From Verrucomicrobiota bacterium (GTDB lineage Bacteria; Verrucomicrobiota; Verrucomicrobiia; Opitutales; Opitutaceae): 57,292 bases of DNA. The notes beneath the pieces are model-generated. The model searched no databases. It saw nothing but the letters and a program-made list of their open reading frames with translations, and was not told the origin of the DNA. Position numbers and translations under genes: made by a program. Of the stretch, positions 27,588 to 36,733 are shown piece by piece. Positions within the stretch are counted from its first letter, which is position 1. The number at the start of each line of letters is the position of its first letter. Where the stretch lies: the NCBI GenBank assembly GCA_023443985.1, contig JAEZSJ010000363.1, positions 1 through 57,292 on the forward strand, written 5' to 3'.

Positions 27588-27614
27588 GACGGAAGGTAAC
27601 GAAGGAAACGAAGA
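27588..27614 (+). repeat. Purine-rich dispersed intergenic repeat core, copy A
   Basis: GACGGAAGGTAACGAAGGAAACGAAGA matches the reverse complement of 48934-48960 at 25 of 27 positions. It has the same orientation relative to its flanking genes. Confidence 0.7.
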
Positions 27615-27759
27615 GCGATCCGGCGCCGGTAACTTCCGCTCCAGCACCCATCAACCGAAGCAATCGCGCTTCCGCCACTTCCGCACTCCGTTCTCCTCGC
27701 CATCTTCTGTCGTCCGCTGCCGCCCACCGCCCGCGCCCTGCCCGGCCCGGCCCGCCGCC

Positions 27760-28689
27760 ATGAGTCTCGACCAGATCAAAGCCGCCCTGCTCCAGTCGTA
27801 TTTGGAAGATGGTGGCATCAACCACCTCGACGGCTCGAACCTGCCGTCCGAAGCCGCCGTGGACGCGCTCGCCCGCGGCTTCATGCACCTGCTGTTCCCC
27901 GGGTTCTTCGAGAAGCAGGCGCCCACCCGCGACGAGGTTGCCAGCCTGGTGGGCGGCCAATTGGCGGGGATCGAGCGCAGCCTCCGCACCGAGATCGCGA
28001 AAGCCCTCGCCTACTCGGGCCATCCGGAGCCGCAGCAGGCCGCCGCCGAGGAGAGTCTCCACCTGCTCGGCCAGTTCCCCTCGCTGCGCCGCCTGATCCA
28101 GACCGACGTGGAGGCCGCCTACAACGGCGATCCCGCGGCCCGCAGCCACGACGAGATCATCCTCGCCTACCCCTGCGTATTGGTGATCTCGCTTCAACGA
28201 ATCGCCCACGTCCTCTACGCGCGCGGCGTGCCGCTGCTGCCGCGCATGCTCACGGAGTACGCGCACGAGCGCACCGGCGCCGACATCCATCCGGGCGCGC
28301 GCATCGGCACCCACTTCTTCATCGACCACTGCACCGGCGTCGTGATCGGCGAGACCACCACGATCGGCGACCACGTTAAGCTCTACCAGGGCGTCACGCT
28401 CGGCGCGAAATCGTTCGCGCTGGACCCCCAGGGCAACCCGGTGAAGGGCGTCAAACGCCACCCCGATGTCGGCGACCACGTGACGATCTATGCCGGCGCC
28501 ACCATCCTCGGCGGCGACACCCTCGTGGGCGCCCATTCGATCATCGGCTCGAACGTCTGGCTGATGAACTCGGTCCCCGCCCACAGTCTGGTGACCTACG
28601 AAGGTGCCAACCTCTCGGTGCGGCACCGCCGGCGGCACGAGTCGCTCGAGGTCGAACTTCCGTTCGCCGGATACAACTACGAGATCTGA
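27760..28689 (+). CDS. cysE: Serine O-acetyltransferase (long form)
   Basis: Left-handed beta-helix hexapeptide region IHPGARIGTHFFIDHCTGVVIGETTTIGDHVKLYQGVTLG. 309 aa. Confidence 0.88.
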   Translation: MSLDQIKAALLQSYLEDGGINHLDGSNLPSEAAVDALARGFMHLLFPGFFEKQAPTRDEVASLVGGQLAGIERSLRTEIAKALAYSGHPEPQQAAAEESLHLLGQFPSLRRLIQTDVEAAYNGDPAARSHDEIILAYPCVLVISLQRIAHVLYARGVPLLPRMLTEYAHERTGADIHPGARIGTHFFIDHCTGVVIGETTTIGDHVKLYQGVTLGAKSFALDPQGNPVKGVKRHPDVGDHVTIYAGATILGGDTLVGAHSIIGSNVWLMNSVPAHSLVTYEGANLSVRHRRRHESLEVELPFAGYNYEI

Positions 28690-28738
28690 CCCCGCTCCGC
28701 GACGGGCGTCCGGCTGCGCCGGCGCGTCGCGCAGGGCG

Positions 28739-28774
28739 AAAAAAAAGCGGGAAGCCGGCGAACCGGCTTCCCGC
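28739..28774 (-). terminator. Rho-independent terminator of the first TonB-dependent receptor gene
   Basis: 12-bp stem GCGGGAAGCCGG / CCGGCTTCCCGC (28747-28774) with loop CGAA. On the minus strand it is followed by T8 (28746-28739). Confidence 0.85.
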
Positions 28775-28796
28775 GGAGAATTGATCCGGGATCAGC

Positions 28797-31700
28797 TTAG
28801 AAGCTGAACGTGTTCGTGAGGAACCACTCGCGCGCCGGCGAGATGCGAACCATGCCCCAGGTCTTGCCGTCCGGTTGGACCGCAATCGGAATGACCTCGT
28901 CCTTGGCGAACAGGTTGCGAACGTTGAGCTGGATCTTCCAGTTGATCTTGGAGGTCAGCTTGCGCTCGTAGCTCAGCCAGGTGTCGAAGGCATCCTCGGT
29001 CGGGCCGTAGTACGGGTTCGAGAGGTCGTACGTGCCACCGTCGAGGACCGGGTAGCCGATGACCACCTTGTCCTGCCAGCGATACGCCGCACCGATGCCC
29101 GCGCCCTTGAGGAGGCCGTCGCGGAACGAGTAGTTCGTGATGAGGTTGAAGCGCCACTTGCGGACTTCGTCGACGTTGGCGCCTTCCTGCAGCTTCATCT
29201 TCACGTAGGCCGCGCGCCACGGAGCGTAGACGCTGGCACCGATGCTGTTGGCCGCACCACCCCAACGCGGCACCATGCCGGCGGGAGTCAGCGAGCCATC
29301 GGCATTGTACATCATCGAGTCCATGTACTCGACGAACTCGGAGAGAGCCGCGCCACCGACGTTGTTGCGGACCGCCTCGGTCTTCGCGGCGTTGATGGTG
29401 ATGCGCCAGTTCGGGGTCGGGTTGGCCGTGAACTCGAACTCATAACCCTTCGAGACCGTGTCACCCGTGACGGCGTATCCCTGCGGGGAAGTCGGCGAGT
29501 AGCTGTACACCGAGGCCGTGTTGGGGGCGTACTGGGTCGGGTTGGTGAGGTAGGTCGCACGATCGACGAGCGCCGTGGACGGGCCGGTCGGGGTGAAGTT
29601 CCAGACCGAGAAGAAGCCCTTTGCGTCGAGCCACTTCTGGATCTCGTTCCACCCGGTGATGGCTTGGTTCATCTGCGCCAGCGAAGCCGTGACACCCGCG
29701 TTGAACTCGGGCGTGCCGTCGGCATAGGTCTGGGTCGCACCGCTCGCATCCTGGTACTGGATGAACGACGGATAGGCGTTGGTCCAGCGATTGCGGTACG
29801 AGTCCTGGCCGCGGGAGGCGTAGTCGTAGCCACCGAGCTGGTACAGGAAGACGTTGCGCCAGTTGAGGCCGTTCGAGATGATCGCGCCCGGGGTCGTGCT
29901 GCTGTCGAGCGCGACCGTGGCGTTGTTGATCGAGGTCTCGAACTTGATCACGCGCAGCGAGTACTTGTTGTCCTTGGTGCCCAAGGTGATGCCGTACTCC
30001 TTCGTCTCGCCCTTCGGATTGGCGATCTCGCTGCCGTACATGTCGCGCCGGATGCTACCAACCTGGAAGTTGTTCGACTTGGCGTAGGACACGCTGACGT
30101 TGATCGGCAGCGGGTCGCGCTTGAAGAGCTTGTTCAGGTGGAGCGCGTAGCTGTTGCTGACGGAATGCCCCGTGGAGCGAAGCTCCCAGTCCTCCGGCAG
30201 GCTGTAGGCGCTTTCGCTCAGGTTGAGAACCTTGCGCTGGAGCGCCTGCTGGGCGGCGGTGACGTCCTTGGAGACGACCTCGTCATAGCGCCAGCCGAGG
30301 GTGACGACGAACGCGTTGTTCCAGAAGAAGCCCTGGTAGGAGCTGGAGTAGGACGTGGTCTGCTTGAGTGCCTTCTCCGCCCCGGTCAAGAGGTCGGTGT
30401 TCTCGCCGCCGTTGGCGCGGAGCAGCTGGTTGCCACCCCAGTACGACCAGCCGGTCATGTTCGCCAGATTGGACGCCTCGGTGAGGTTGGTCCCGCCGAC
30501 GACATTATCCAAGTAGTCCGGCACCGTCCACGGGTTGCCGAAGGTGGACAGGTTGACGGTCGGCATCGGGTCGAACACGTAGATCGGGGAGTCTTGGAGC
30601 TCGATCTTCGAGCCGATCCGCGGGATGTTCGCCCCGGCGGCCGAACTGCGATCCAGCAGGGAGTTGCCGAGGTAGACGATGGCCATCGGCGGGCGGTCGT
30701 CGAAGGACGAGCTGGCGCCGTTGTTCTGGTTCCAATAACCGGCCCAGAGCTGGTTGTTGGCGTACATCTGCCAGGAACGCTTCTCGTACTCGTAGCGCTC
30801 GCGGGACGCGACACCGTTGAAGCGGTGCTTGCCGAACAACTTCACGAGGAAGTCGTTGTCGGTGACGTCGGACACGCGGAACTCGGCGAAGAGCGAGGCG
30901 CGCTTCGTCTCGCGGTCGGTCCGGGTCCAGTTGCCGCTGGCGTTGTTGGCGCCGACAACAAACGGACGACCCACGTTCTCGTTGAAGCCTTCATCGGCCG
31001 CGGAACCGAGATAGTAGTCCTGGTGGTTGACGTTGATGTCCAGGTTGATGGCCGGAGCCCAGCCGAGGAACGACTCGCCGCCGTACTTGTTGGCCTGCTT
31101 GTCGTAACTCAAGTTGATGCCCACGCGATCGTCCCAACCGGTCTGGGAGAAATCGATGTTGTAGGCGGTCCAGCGCTGGAACTCGGACTTGTTCGGGCCG
31201 TCGATCAGGTTGTTGTAGAAGTCGAAGATCGACGAATCGAGCAGCCCCTGGTCGCGATAGACGCCGTACTGCGAGTTCTCGAGCTGGGCGCCGACGGTGT
31301 TCGCACGCTGGGCGAACCCGGCGATCCCGTAGAGGTTGCCCGCGTAGTACTTGCCGGGGACGCCCGCGGACACGCCGGTGAGGACGCCGTTGCTGCCGTA
31401 GGCATTGGCGTTGATCCAGCCGCCGATCACGGAGTAGTTCGCGCCGCTGGTGCCGTCGAAGGTCCAATACGGCTGCTGGGCGTTCATGGTGTCGGCCAGC
31501 CACGGGCTGAAGTTGGCGTTGCCGGAAACGGCCTGGCCGCCGGCGCTGAGGTTCGTGCGGGCCGGATAATAGGGGCTGGCGATGAGCAGCTTGCCCATGC
31601 CGCCGTCGGCGCTGGTGTTGTCCACCGGGCGGAACCACGCGGTGAGCTGATCACGCGGCGTGAGGTTGCGCGGGCGATTGGCGTCGATGTCGCCGGCCTC

Positions 31701-32528
31701 GTACTTGACCTTGAAGCTCGTACGGAAGGCGGGGTTTTTGATCAGCTTCGGATCCCAGCGCAACGCGGCGTAGACACGCTCGTCGTCCTCGAAGGCGGGC
31801 TCCTGCCGGAAGTTCTCGTGGTCCCACAGGCCGGCCACGCGAACGGCGAGCACGTCGTCGATCAACACATGGTTGTAGTTGAGCGAGGCGCGCTGGCTGC
31901 CGTAGGAACCGAAGCGGTACTCGGCGACCCCGCGGGTCGCGAAGTTGGCGCCCTGCAAGGTGGCGTTCTGGATACCGGCGGGGCTGCCCAGGCCGAACAG
32001 GAAGGAGTTCGGGCCGCGCAGGATGTCGATACGATCCGTGTTGTAGGAGTCCCACGGGATGTCCGACACGAAGTAGTCGCGGGTGTTGTCAGCCGCAGCC
32101 AGGCCGCGGACGCGCTGGCTGGAGACGGGATTGATCAGCGTCCCCTGCTCGTTGGTCGCGCCGTTCAAGCCCGAGAAGACGCCACGCGTGCCACCGACTT
32201 CGGTGTTGGTGGTGTACTGGAGCAGCGTGGTGGCATCGGTCGCACCGATGTCGTTCATCAGATCCTTGGTGACAACGGAGATGGCGGAGCCGATGTCCTT
32301 CAGATCGCTGCGGATGCGGGTGCCGGCGAGGGTGTCCGTGGCCACGTACCCCGTGTCGCTGGAGGCGGTGACTTCGAACGGACTGAGGACCACGATCTCC
32401 TCGTCGGAAGACGGCGCGGCGGGGGCCGCCGCGGGGGCCGTCTGCGCATAGAGCCCCGTGGTGACTGCGGCTCCAGCCAAGGTCAGCAGGGAGCGCACGC
32501 CACACGGGAAGGGGCGTTTTTGATGCAT
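28797..32528 (-). CDS. TonB-dependent outer-membrane receptor, 1243 aa
   Basis: Signal peptide, then the plug-like VVLSPFEVTASSDTGYVATDTLAGTRIRSDLKDIGSAISVVT. Long beta-barrel region and a C-terminal ...LTNTFSF ending in Phe. Confidence 0.9.
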   Translation of the reverse strand: MHQKRPFPCGVRSLLTLAGAAVTTGLYAQTAPAAAPAAPSSDEEIVVLSPFEVTASSDTGYVATDTLAGTRIRSDLKDIGSAISVVTKDLMNDIGATDATTLLQYTTNTEVGGTRGVFSGLNGATNEQGTLINPVSSQRVRGLAAADNTRDYFVSDIPWDSYNTDRIDILRGPNSFLFGLGSPAGIQNATLQGANFATRGVAEYRFGSYGSQRASLNYNHVLIDDVLAVRVAGLWDHENFRQEPAFEDDERVYAALRWDPKLIKNPAFRTSFKVKYEAGDIDANRPRNLTPRDQLTAWFRPVDNTSADGGMGKLLIASPYYPARTNLSAGGQAVSGNANFSPWLADTMNAQQPYWTFDGTSGANYSVIGGWINANAYGSNGVLTGVSAGVPGKYYAGNLYGIAGFAQRANTVGAQLENSQYGVYRDQGLLDSSIFDFYNNLIDGPNKSEFQRWTAYNIDFSQTGWDDRVGINLSYDKQANKYGGESFLGWAPAINLDINVNHQDYYLGSAADEGFNENVGRPFVVGANNASGNWTRTDRETKRASLFAEFRVSDVTDNDFLVKLFGKHRFNGVASRERYEYEKRSWQMYANNQLWAGYWNQNNGASSSFDDRPPMAIVYLGNSLLDRSSAAGANIPRIGSKIELQDSPIYVFDPMPTVNLSTFGNPWTVPDYLDNVVGGTNLTEASNLANMTGWSYWGGNQLLRANGGENTDLLTGAEKALKQTTSYSSSYQGFFWNNAFVVTLGWRYDEVVSKDVTAAQQALQRKVLNLSESAYSLPEDWELRSTGHSVSNSYALHLNKLFKRDPLPINVSVSYAKSNNFQVGSIRRDMYGSEIANPKGETKEYGITLGTKDNKYSLRVIKFETSINNATVALDSSTTPGAIISNGLNWRNVFLYQLGGYDYASRGQDSYRNRWTNAYPSFIQYQDASGATQTYADGTPEFNAGVTASLAQMNQAITGWNEIQKWLDAKGFFSVWNFTPTGPSTALVDRATYLTNPTQYAPNTASVYSYSPTSPQGYAVTGDTVSKGYEFEFTANPTPNWRITINAAKTEAVRNNVGGAALSEFVEYMDSMMYNADGSLTPAGMVPRWGGAANSIGASVYAPWRAAYVKMKLQEGANVDEVRKWRFNLITNYSFRDGLLKGAGIGAAYRWQDKVVIGYPVLDGGTYDLSNPYYGPTEDAFDTWLSYERKLTSKINWKIQLNVRNLFAKDEVIPIAVQPDGKTWGMVRISPAREWFLTNTFSF

Positions 32529-32564
32529 AGTATTGCGATAGCTTGTGGTTGCGTTGTTGGGGAA

Positions 32565-32587
32565 CCGGCGGGTTTGGGATCCGCCGG
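32565..32587 (-). promoter_or_regulatory. Conserved 5'-leader stem-loop, 36 nt upstream of the receptor start codon
   Basis: CCGGCGG-N9-CCGCCGG. The homologous hairpin at 36734-36754 carries one compensatory G:C to A:T change. Confidence 0.45.
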
Positions 32588-32936
32588 TCTCGCCGCGCCG
32601 GGCCGCCGCGGATGCGGCCGCCCAACCGGCAAAGGGTCTGGGAAAAGAACTGCCTGCAGGCGCAGGCTTCGGGAACCGTGACGCGGGGTTGCTTGGGGAA
32701 ACCGCGGCGTCAGTGATGGCGCTTGACTGCTTGGGGAAGCCGGAGCGTCACGGTGGTGTGCATGGCGGGAAAACGGGAGCGCAGGAGGGATTGCGTAGCC
32801 GATCGGAGATGGGGGATTTCCCGGGAATCACTGTCCCCCACCCGGCTGGAGACAATCGGTGGCCGGTACTAACTATCGAGCATCGCGGAGGCGCTTTTCC
32901 CGCCCGCCGCACGGGCCGAGGCCCCGGAGACTGGAG

Positions 32937-32967
32937 AAAAAAGAGCCCGGGCCGAAGCCCGGGCTCT
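32937..32967 (-). terminator. Rho-independent terminator of the second TonB-dependent receptor gene
   Basis: 11-bp stem AGAGCCCGGGC / GCCCGGGCTCT (32942-32967) with loop CGAA. A T-run follows on the minus strand (32941-32937). Confidence 0.85.
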
Positions 32968-33014
32968 GGTGCGAAGGGGGTTGCAAGCACTCTCCGCGTG
33001 ACGCCGTCAGCAGC

Positions 33015-36000
33015 TCAGAAGCGGAACGTGTTGGTGATCTCCCAGGTTTGGCCGGGAGCGATGCGCCAGGCAGCCACCGTGTAGTTGCTGCCATCGGTCG
33101 TCGGCTGGACGGTCAGCGGGATGACCTTCCGGCCGTCGCCCACGTTGCGCATGTTGAACTGGATGCGCCAATCGATGCGATCGGTGAGCTTCTTCTCGTA
33201 ACCGATCCAGAAGTCGATCGCGTCCTCGCGGGGTCCCATGATCGGGTGGGCGATGTCATAGGTGAAGACGCCGGCGGTGTCGGTCGCGGCCACGGGATAA
33301 CCGATGGCGACCTTGTCCTGCCAGCGGTAACCAGCACCCACGTTGAAGCCCTTCAGGCGGCCCTCGGTGAAGGTGTAGTTGGTCACCACGTTGAAGCGCC
33401 ACTTGCGCAACTCGGGCGTGAACGTGCCTTCTTGCAGCTTCATCAACACATAGTTGTTGTAGAAGTTGTTGTTCCACTGGTTGACGACCTTGTTGTTGAG
33501 GTTGCCGCCACCCCACAGGCGGATCTGGCCGGCGTCGGTGTGGTTGAACGCGTCGTTCATGATCTCGATGACCTCGTTGAACGCCGTGCCGCCCACGTTG
33601 TTGCGCATGGCCTGCGTCTTCGAGGCGTTGAGCGAGATGCGCCAGTTCTTCGTCGGGTTGGCAGTGAACTCGAACTCGTAGCCCTTCGAGATCTGGTCCT
33701 CGGTCTGCGAGAAGTTCGGCAGACCGGCCGTGGCGTTGCGGTTGCTGACGCCGGCGAAATCGTTGTAGCTGAACGCGCGCAGCACCTGCTGGATCTTCGG
33801 GTTCGACGTGAACGTGCGCCAGTCGGCCACCGCGCTCAGGCGGAGCGCGTCCGCTTGTTCCGCGGTCATGCCCGGCTCGGCGGCGTAGGTCCAGTTGCTC
33901 GGGTTGGTGTCCGCGCTGGACGCATCGCCGGTCGTGCCGAGGCGGTAGTCGTAGACATCCGCCCAGGTCTCGCCCCAGGCGAAGATCGTGGCGTCGCCGT
34001 TGTTGCCGACCAGCCAGGCGTTGAGGCCGGCCGTGCTGCTCGCATCCATCACCGTGCTCTCATATTTGTTGATACGGAGCGAGAAGCGGTCGTCCTTGGT
34101 CGAGATCAGGATGCCGCGGTCCTTGGTGGAGCCGCTGGCGGCCGGAATCTCGTTGCCGTACATGTCGTAGCGGGTGCCGATGACCTGGAAGTTCTCGGAC
34201 TCGTTGTAGTAGAGGCTCACGTTCACCGGGATGGAATCACCCCAGCGACCGAGAAGCTTCGTGAGATGGGCCACCACGCTCCAGCTCGGCGAGTTCTTCT
34301 TGGTGATCGAGGCCTGCCGCCAGCCGGTGTCGTAGATGACGTGGCCGTCCGAGTTGGTGGCGTTGAAGTCGATGTGGCCGTCGGAAGCCTCGGCGCCGCC
34401 GGCGCCCCACGACTTCACCGTGTCACGACGAATTCCGTACATGCCGACGATCGCACCGTCCCAGAAATAGGACTGGAGCACCGCGGCGCGGGAGTTCGAC
34501 TTCTTCTTGAGCAGCGTGGCCGAATAGGTGAGCGCGTCCTGCTCCGCGAAGCTGTTCGTGGCGTTGAGAACGCTGACGTTCTTGGTCGTCCAGCCCACGT
34601 AGTTGGCGGGATTCTGCGACTGCGTGGAGTTCGTGCCGGTGGCGGCGTTCACCCACGGATCGGAGTAGGCGACCGTCGAAGGAGCGTTCCAGGTGCCGTC
34701 GAAGAAGTGGTACGGGATGCTCGACGGGATCACCACCTCGTCGCCTGCGCGGGAGATGGAGACGTCGGCGAGCGACGACCCGACCAGCGAGTCGCTGAGG
34801 TAGACGACCGGATGGACGGTGCGGCCGTTGTTCTTGATCTTCTCGGTCGGGGGACCGGCCACGTAGCTGCGGATGTCATCACCCGTGCCCCAGCGCATGA
34901 AGCTGCGGGTGTCGGTCTGGATCATGTCCTGGCTGTAGAGGCCGCTGAGCATGTGCCGCCCGAGCAGCTTGTAGAACCAGCCGGCCCGGCCGTCCTGGTT
35001 GAAGTTGTGCTCGAAGAAGACGCTGGCGCGCGAGGCCTCGCGGCTGGTCTCGATGTCGCTGTTGCCGTAGATGCCGGCGTCCGCGATGTAGGCGCGGCCG
35101 AAGTTCGCGTTCGGCGTGCCGTCCATGTTCATCGTGTTGACGTCGACGGCGATGCCGGCGCGCTGGTCAGTGAGAAGCGAATACTGACCGCGGCGATGCG
35201 TGGACTGGTCGTAGGCGAGTTCGAAGCCCATCTTCTGGTTGAAGAAGGTCTGGGCGAGACTGGTGCTGAAGTTGTGGAAGTTCTGCCACTCCCGCTTGTT
35301 GTCGCCGTCGAGCAGGTTGTTGTAGAAGTCGAAGACCGAGGTGTCGCTGAACGTGGAGCTCTTGTAGAGCTCCTTGTACGGCAGGCCGGCGTTCGAGGCG
35401 TAGGTGCCCATCGGGGCGATCGCGACGCGCGAGGCGTCCGAGAAGTAGTCGAGCGTGCGCTTGGTCGTACCGTCCGCATTGCGGGCAGCGATGAGGTTGC
35501 CCACGCCGGAGGCGATCATGTAGGCCGAGCCGTCCGCGTTGAAGTACGTGAGCGGGCCGCTCTCGTAGCTGGACGCGACGTTCGTCAGCCAGGGGTTGTA
35601 GTTCGGGTTGGCGCCGCCGGCGGTCATCTGGCCCGAGGCGGTGGTGATCGGCAGGCCGACCGGGATGTAGTTGCCGCGCGTGCGCTGGTTGGCGGCGGCG
35701 TGGTAGTCGACGGTCGCGACATTGCCGGCCCCGTCGACGGTGTAGAAGGGACGGTTGTCCCGGACGGTGTTCGGGTCGAAGCCGGCCTTGTTCATCGACG
35801 TGAACCACGGGGTGATCATGTCGATCGGGGTGATCACGCGCGGGTTGTTCGAGCGGATCGTGCCGGACTCGTAGTTCGCCTTGATCGTGGTCTTGGCGCC
35901 GTTACGGCTGAGGAACTTCGGCTCGTAGCGCACGGTCGAGAAGACGCGGCGGTCCAGGCTGAATGCCGGTTTCTGCTTGTACTGCTCGTCGTTGCGCACG

Positions 36001-36707
36001 GCCGCGACACGGATCGCCAGCTCGTCCGCGAGCAACTGCTGGTTGTAGTCGAAGCTGACGCGGTTTGCGCCGTAGCTGCCGTAGCGGAACTCCAGCTCAC
36101 CGAAGGTGCGGTACTGGGCCGTCTTCGTGCTGGTGTTGATGATGCCGGCCGGGCTGCCCATGCCGAACAGGATCGAGTTCGCACCGCGCTGCATGTCGAC
36201 GCGGTCGACATTGTAGGCGTCCCACGGGATGTCCGTGATGAAGAAGTTGCGGGTGTTGTCGGCCGCTGTGAGTCCGCGGACGCGCGTGTTCGAGTTCGGC
36301 GTCGTGAAGTTGCCCTCCTCCTGCTGGTTGCTGGAGCCGGCGTTGGTGAAGTTGCCCTGGATGCTGGCGACCTCGGTGTTGGTGGTGTACTGCAGGAGCG
36401 ACTTGCTGTCGGTCGCACCGGTGTCCTTGAGGAACTCGGACGTGACCACGGAGATCGCCGAGCCGACGTCCTTGAGCTGGGTGTTGATGCGGGAACCGGC
36501 GAGAGTCGTCGTCGCCACGTAGCCGGTGGATTCGGCGGCGGTGACCTCGAACGGACTGAGGACGATCACTTCATCATCTGCAGGCGCGGCGCCCGGAGCG
36601 GTCGCCTCCTGCGCCAGTAGCCCGGAAGTCGACGCGGCGCCTGCGAGAGCAAGCAGCGTGCGAACGCCACGGGCATGCGGGATCGATGTATGCATGGATG
36701 TAGCCAT
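33015..36707 (-). CDS. TonB-dependent outer-membrane receptor, 1230 aa (paralog of 28797-32528)
   Basis: Same architecture: VIVLSPFEVTAAESTGYVATTTLAGSRINTQLKDVGSAISVVT and a C-terminal ...ITNTFRF. Confidence 0.9.
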   Translation of the reverse strand: MATSMHTSIPHARGVRTLLALAGAASTSGLLAQEATAPGAAPADDEVIVLSPFEVTAAESTGYVATTTLAGSRINTQLKDVGSAISVVTSEFLKDTGATDSKSLLQYTTNTEVASIQGNFTNAGSSNQQEEGNFTTPNSNTRVRGLTAADNTRNFFITDIPWDAYNVDRVDMQRGANSILFGMGSPAGIINTSTKTAQYRTFGELEFRYGSYGANRVSFDYNQQLLADELAIRVAAVRNDEQYKQKPAFSLDRRVFSTVRYEPKFLSRNGAKTTIKANYESGTIRSNNPRVITPIDMITPWFTSMNKAGFDPNTVRDNRPFYTVDGAGNVATVDYHAAANQRTRGNYIPVGLPITTASGQMTAGGANPNYNPWLTNVASSYESGPLTYFNADGSAYMIASGVGNLIAARNADGTTKRTLDYFSDASRVAIAPMGTYASNAGLPYKELYKSSTFSDTSVFDFYNNLLDGDNKREWQNFHNFSTSLAQTFFNQKMGFELAYDQSTHRRGQYSLLTDQRAGIAVDVNTMNMDGTPNANFGRAYIADAGIYGNSDIETSREASRASVFFEHNFNQDGRAGWFYKLLGRHMLSGLYSQDMIQTDTRSFMRWGTGDDIRSYVAGPPTEKIKNNGRTVHPVVYLSDSLVGSSLADVSISRAGDEVVIPSSIPYHFFDGTWNAPSTVAYSDPWVNAATGTNSTQSQNPANYVGWTTKNVSVLNATNSFAEQDALTYSATLLKKKSNSRAAVLQSYFWDGAIVGMYGIRRDTVKSWGAGGAEASDGHIDFNATNSDGHVIYDTGWRQASITKKNSPSWSVVAHLTKLLGRWGDSIPVNVSLYYNESENFQVIGTRYDMYGNEIPAASGSTKDRGILISTKDDRFSLRINKYESTVMDASSTAGLNAWLVGNNGDATIFAWGETWADVYDYRLGTTGDASSADTNPSNWTYAAEPGMTAEQADALRLSAVADWRTFTSNPKIQQVLRAFSYNDFAGVSNRNATAGLPNFSQTEDQISKGYEFEFTANPTKNWRISLNASKTQAMRNNVGGTAFNEVIEIMNDAFNHTDAGQIRLWGGGNLNNKVVNQWNNNFYNNYVLMKLQEGTFTPELRKWRFNVVTNYTFTEGRLKGFNVGAGYRWQDKVAIGYPVAATDTAGVFTYDIAHPIMGPREDAIDFWIGYEKKLTDRIDWRIQFNMRNVGDGRKVIPLTVQPTTDGSNYTVAAWRIAPGQTWEITNTFRF

Positions 36708-36733
36708 TAGCTTGTGTTGTTGCGTTGGGGAAA

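Noticed and set aside
24565-28638. 1357-aa ORF on the minus strand
   Set aside because: It runs antisense through ymdB's flank, ilvB and cysE, and even crosses intergenic DNA. Its sequence is low-complexity Arg/Gly/Ala, while the plus-strand genes have unmistakable family motifs.
28690-28796. Search for a SusD-like lipoprotein gene downstream of either receptor
   Set aside because: Both receptor genes are followed within about 25-50 nt by strong terminators, and no ORF with a lipobox is present.
28875-32681. 1268-aa ORF on the plus strand
   Set aside because: It lies exactly antisense to the TonB-dependent receptor gene. Its composition is Arg/Gly/Val/Asp-rich with no motifs, typical of a shadow ORF in high-GC DNA, whereas the minus-strand product has clear plug and barrel features.
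32859-36620. 1253-aa ORF on the plus strand
   Set aside because: It is antisense to the second receptor gene, for the same reasons as above.
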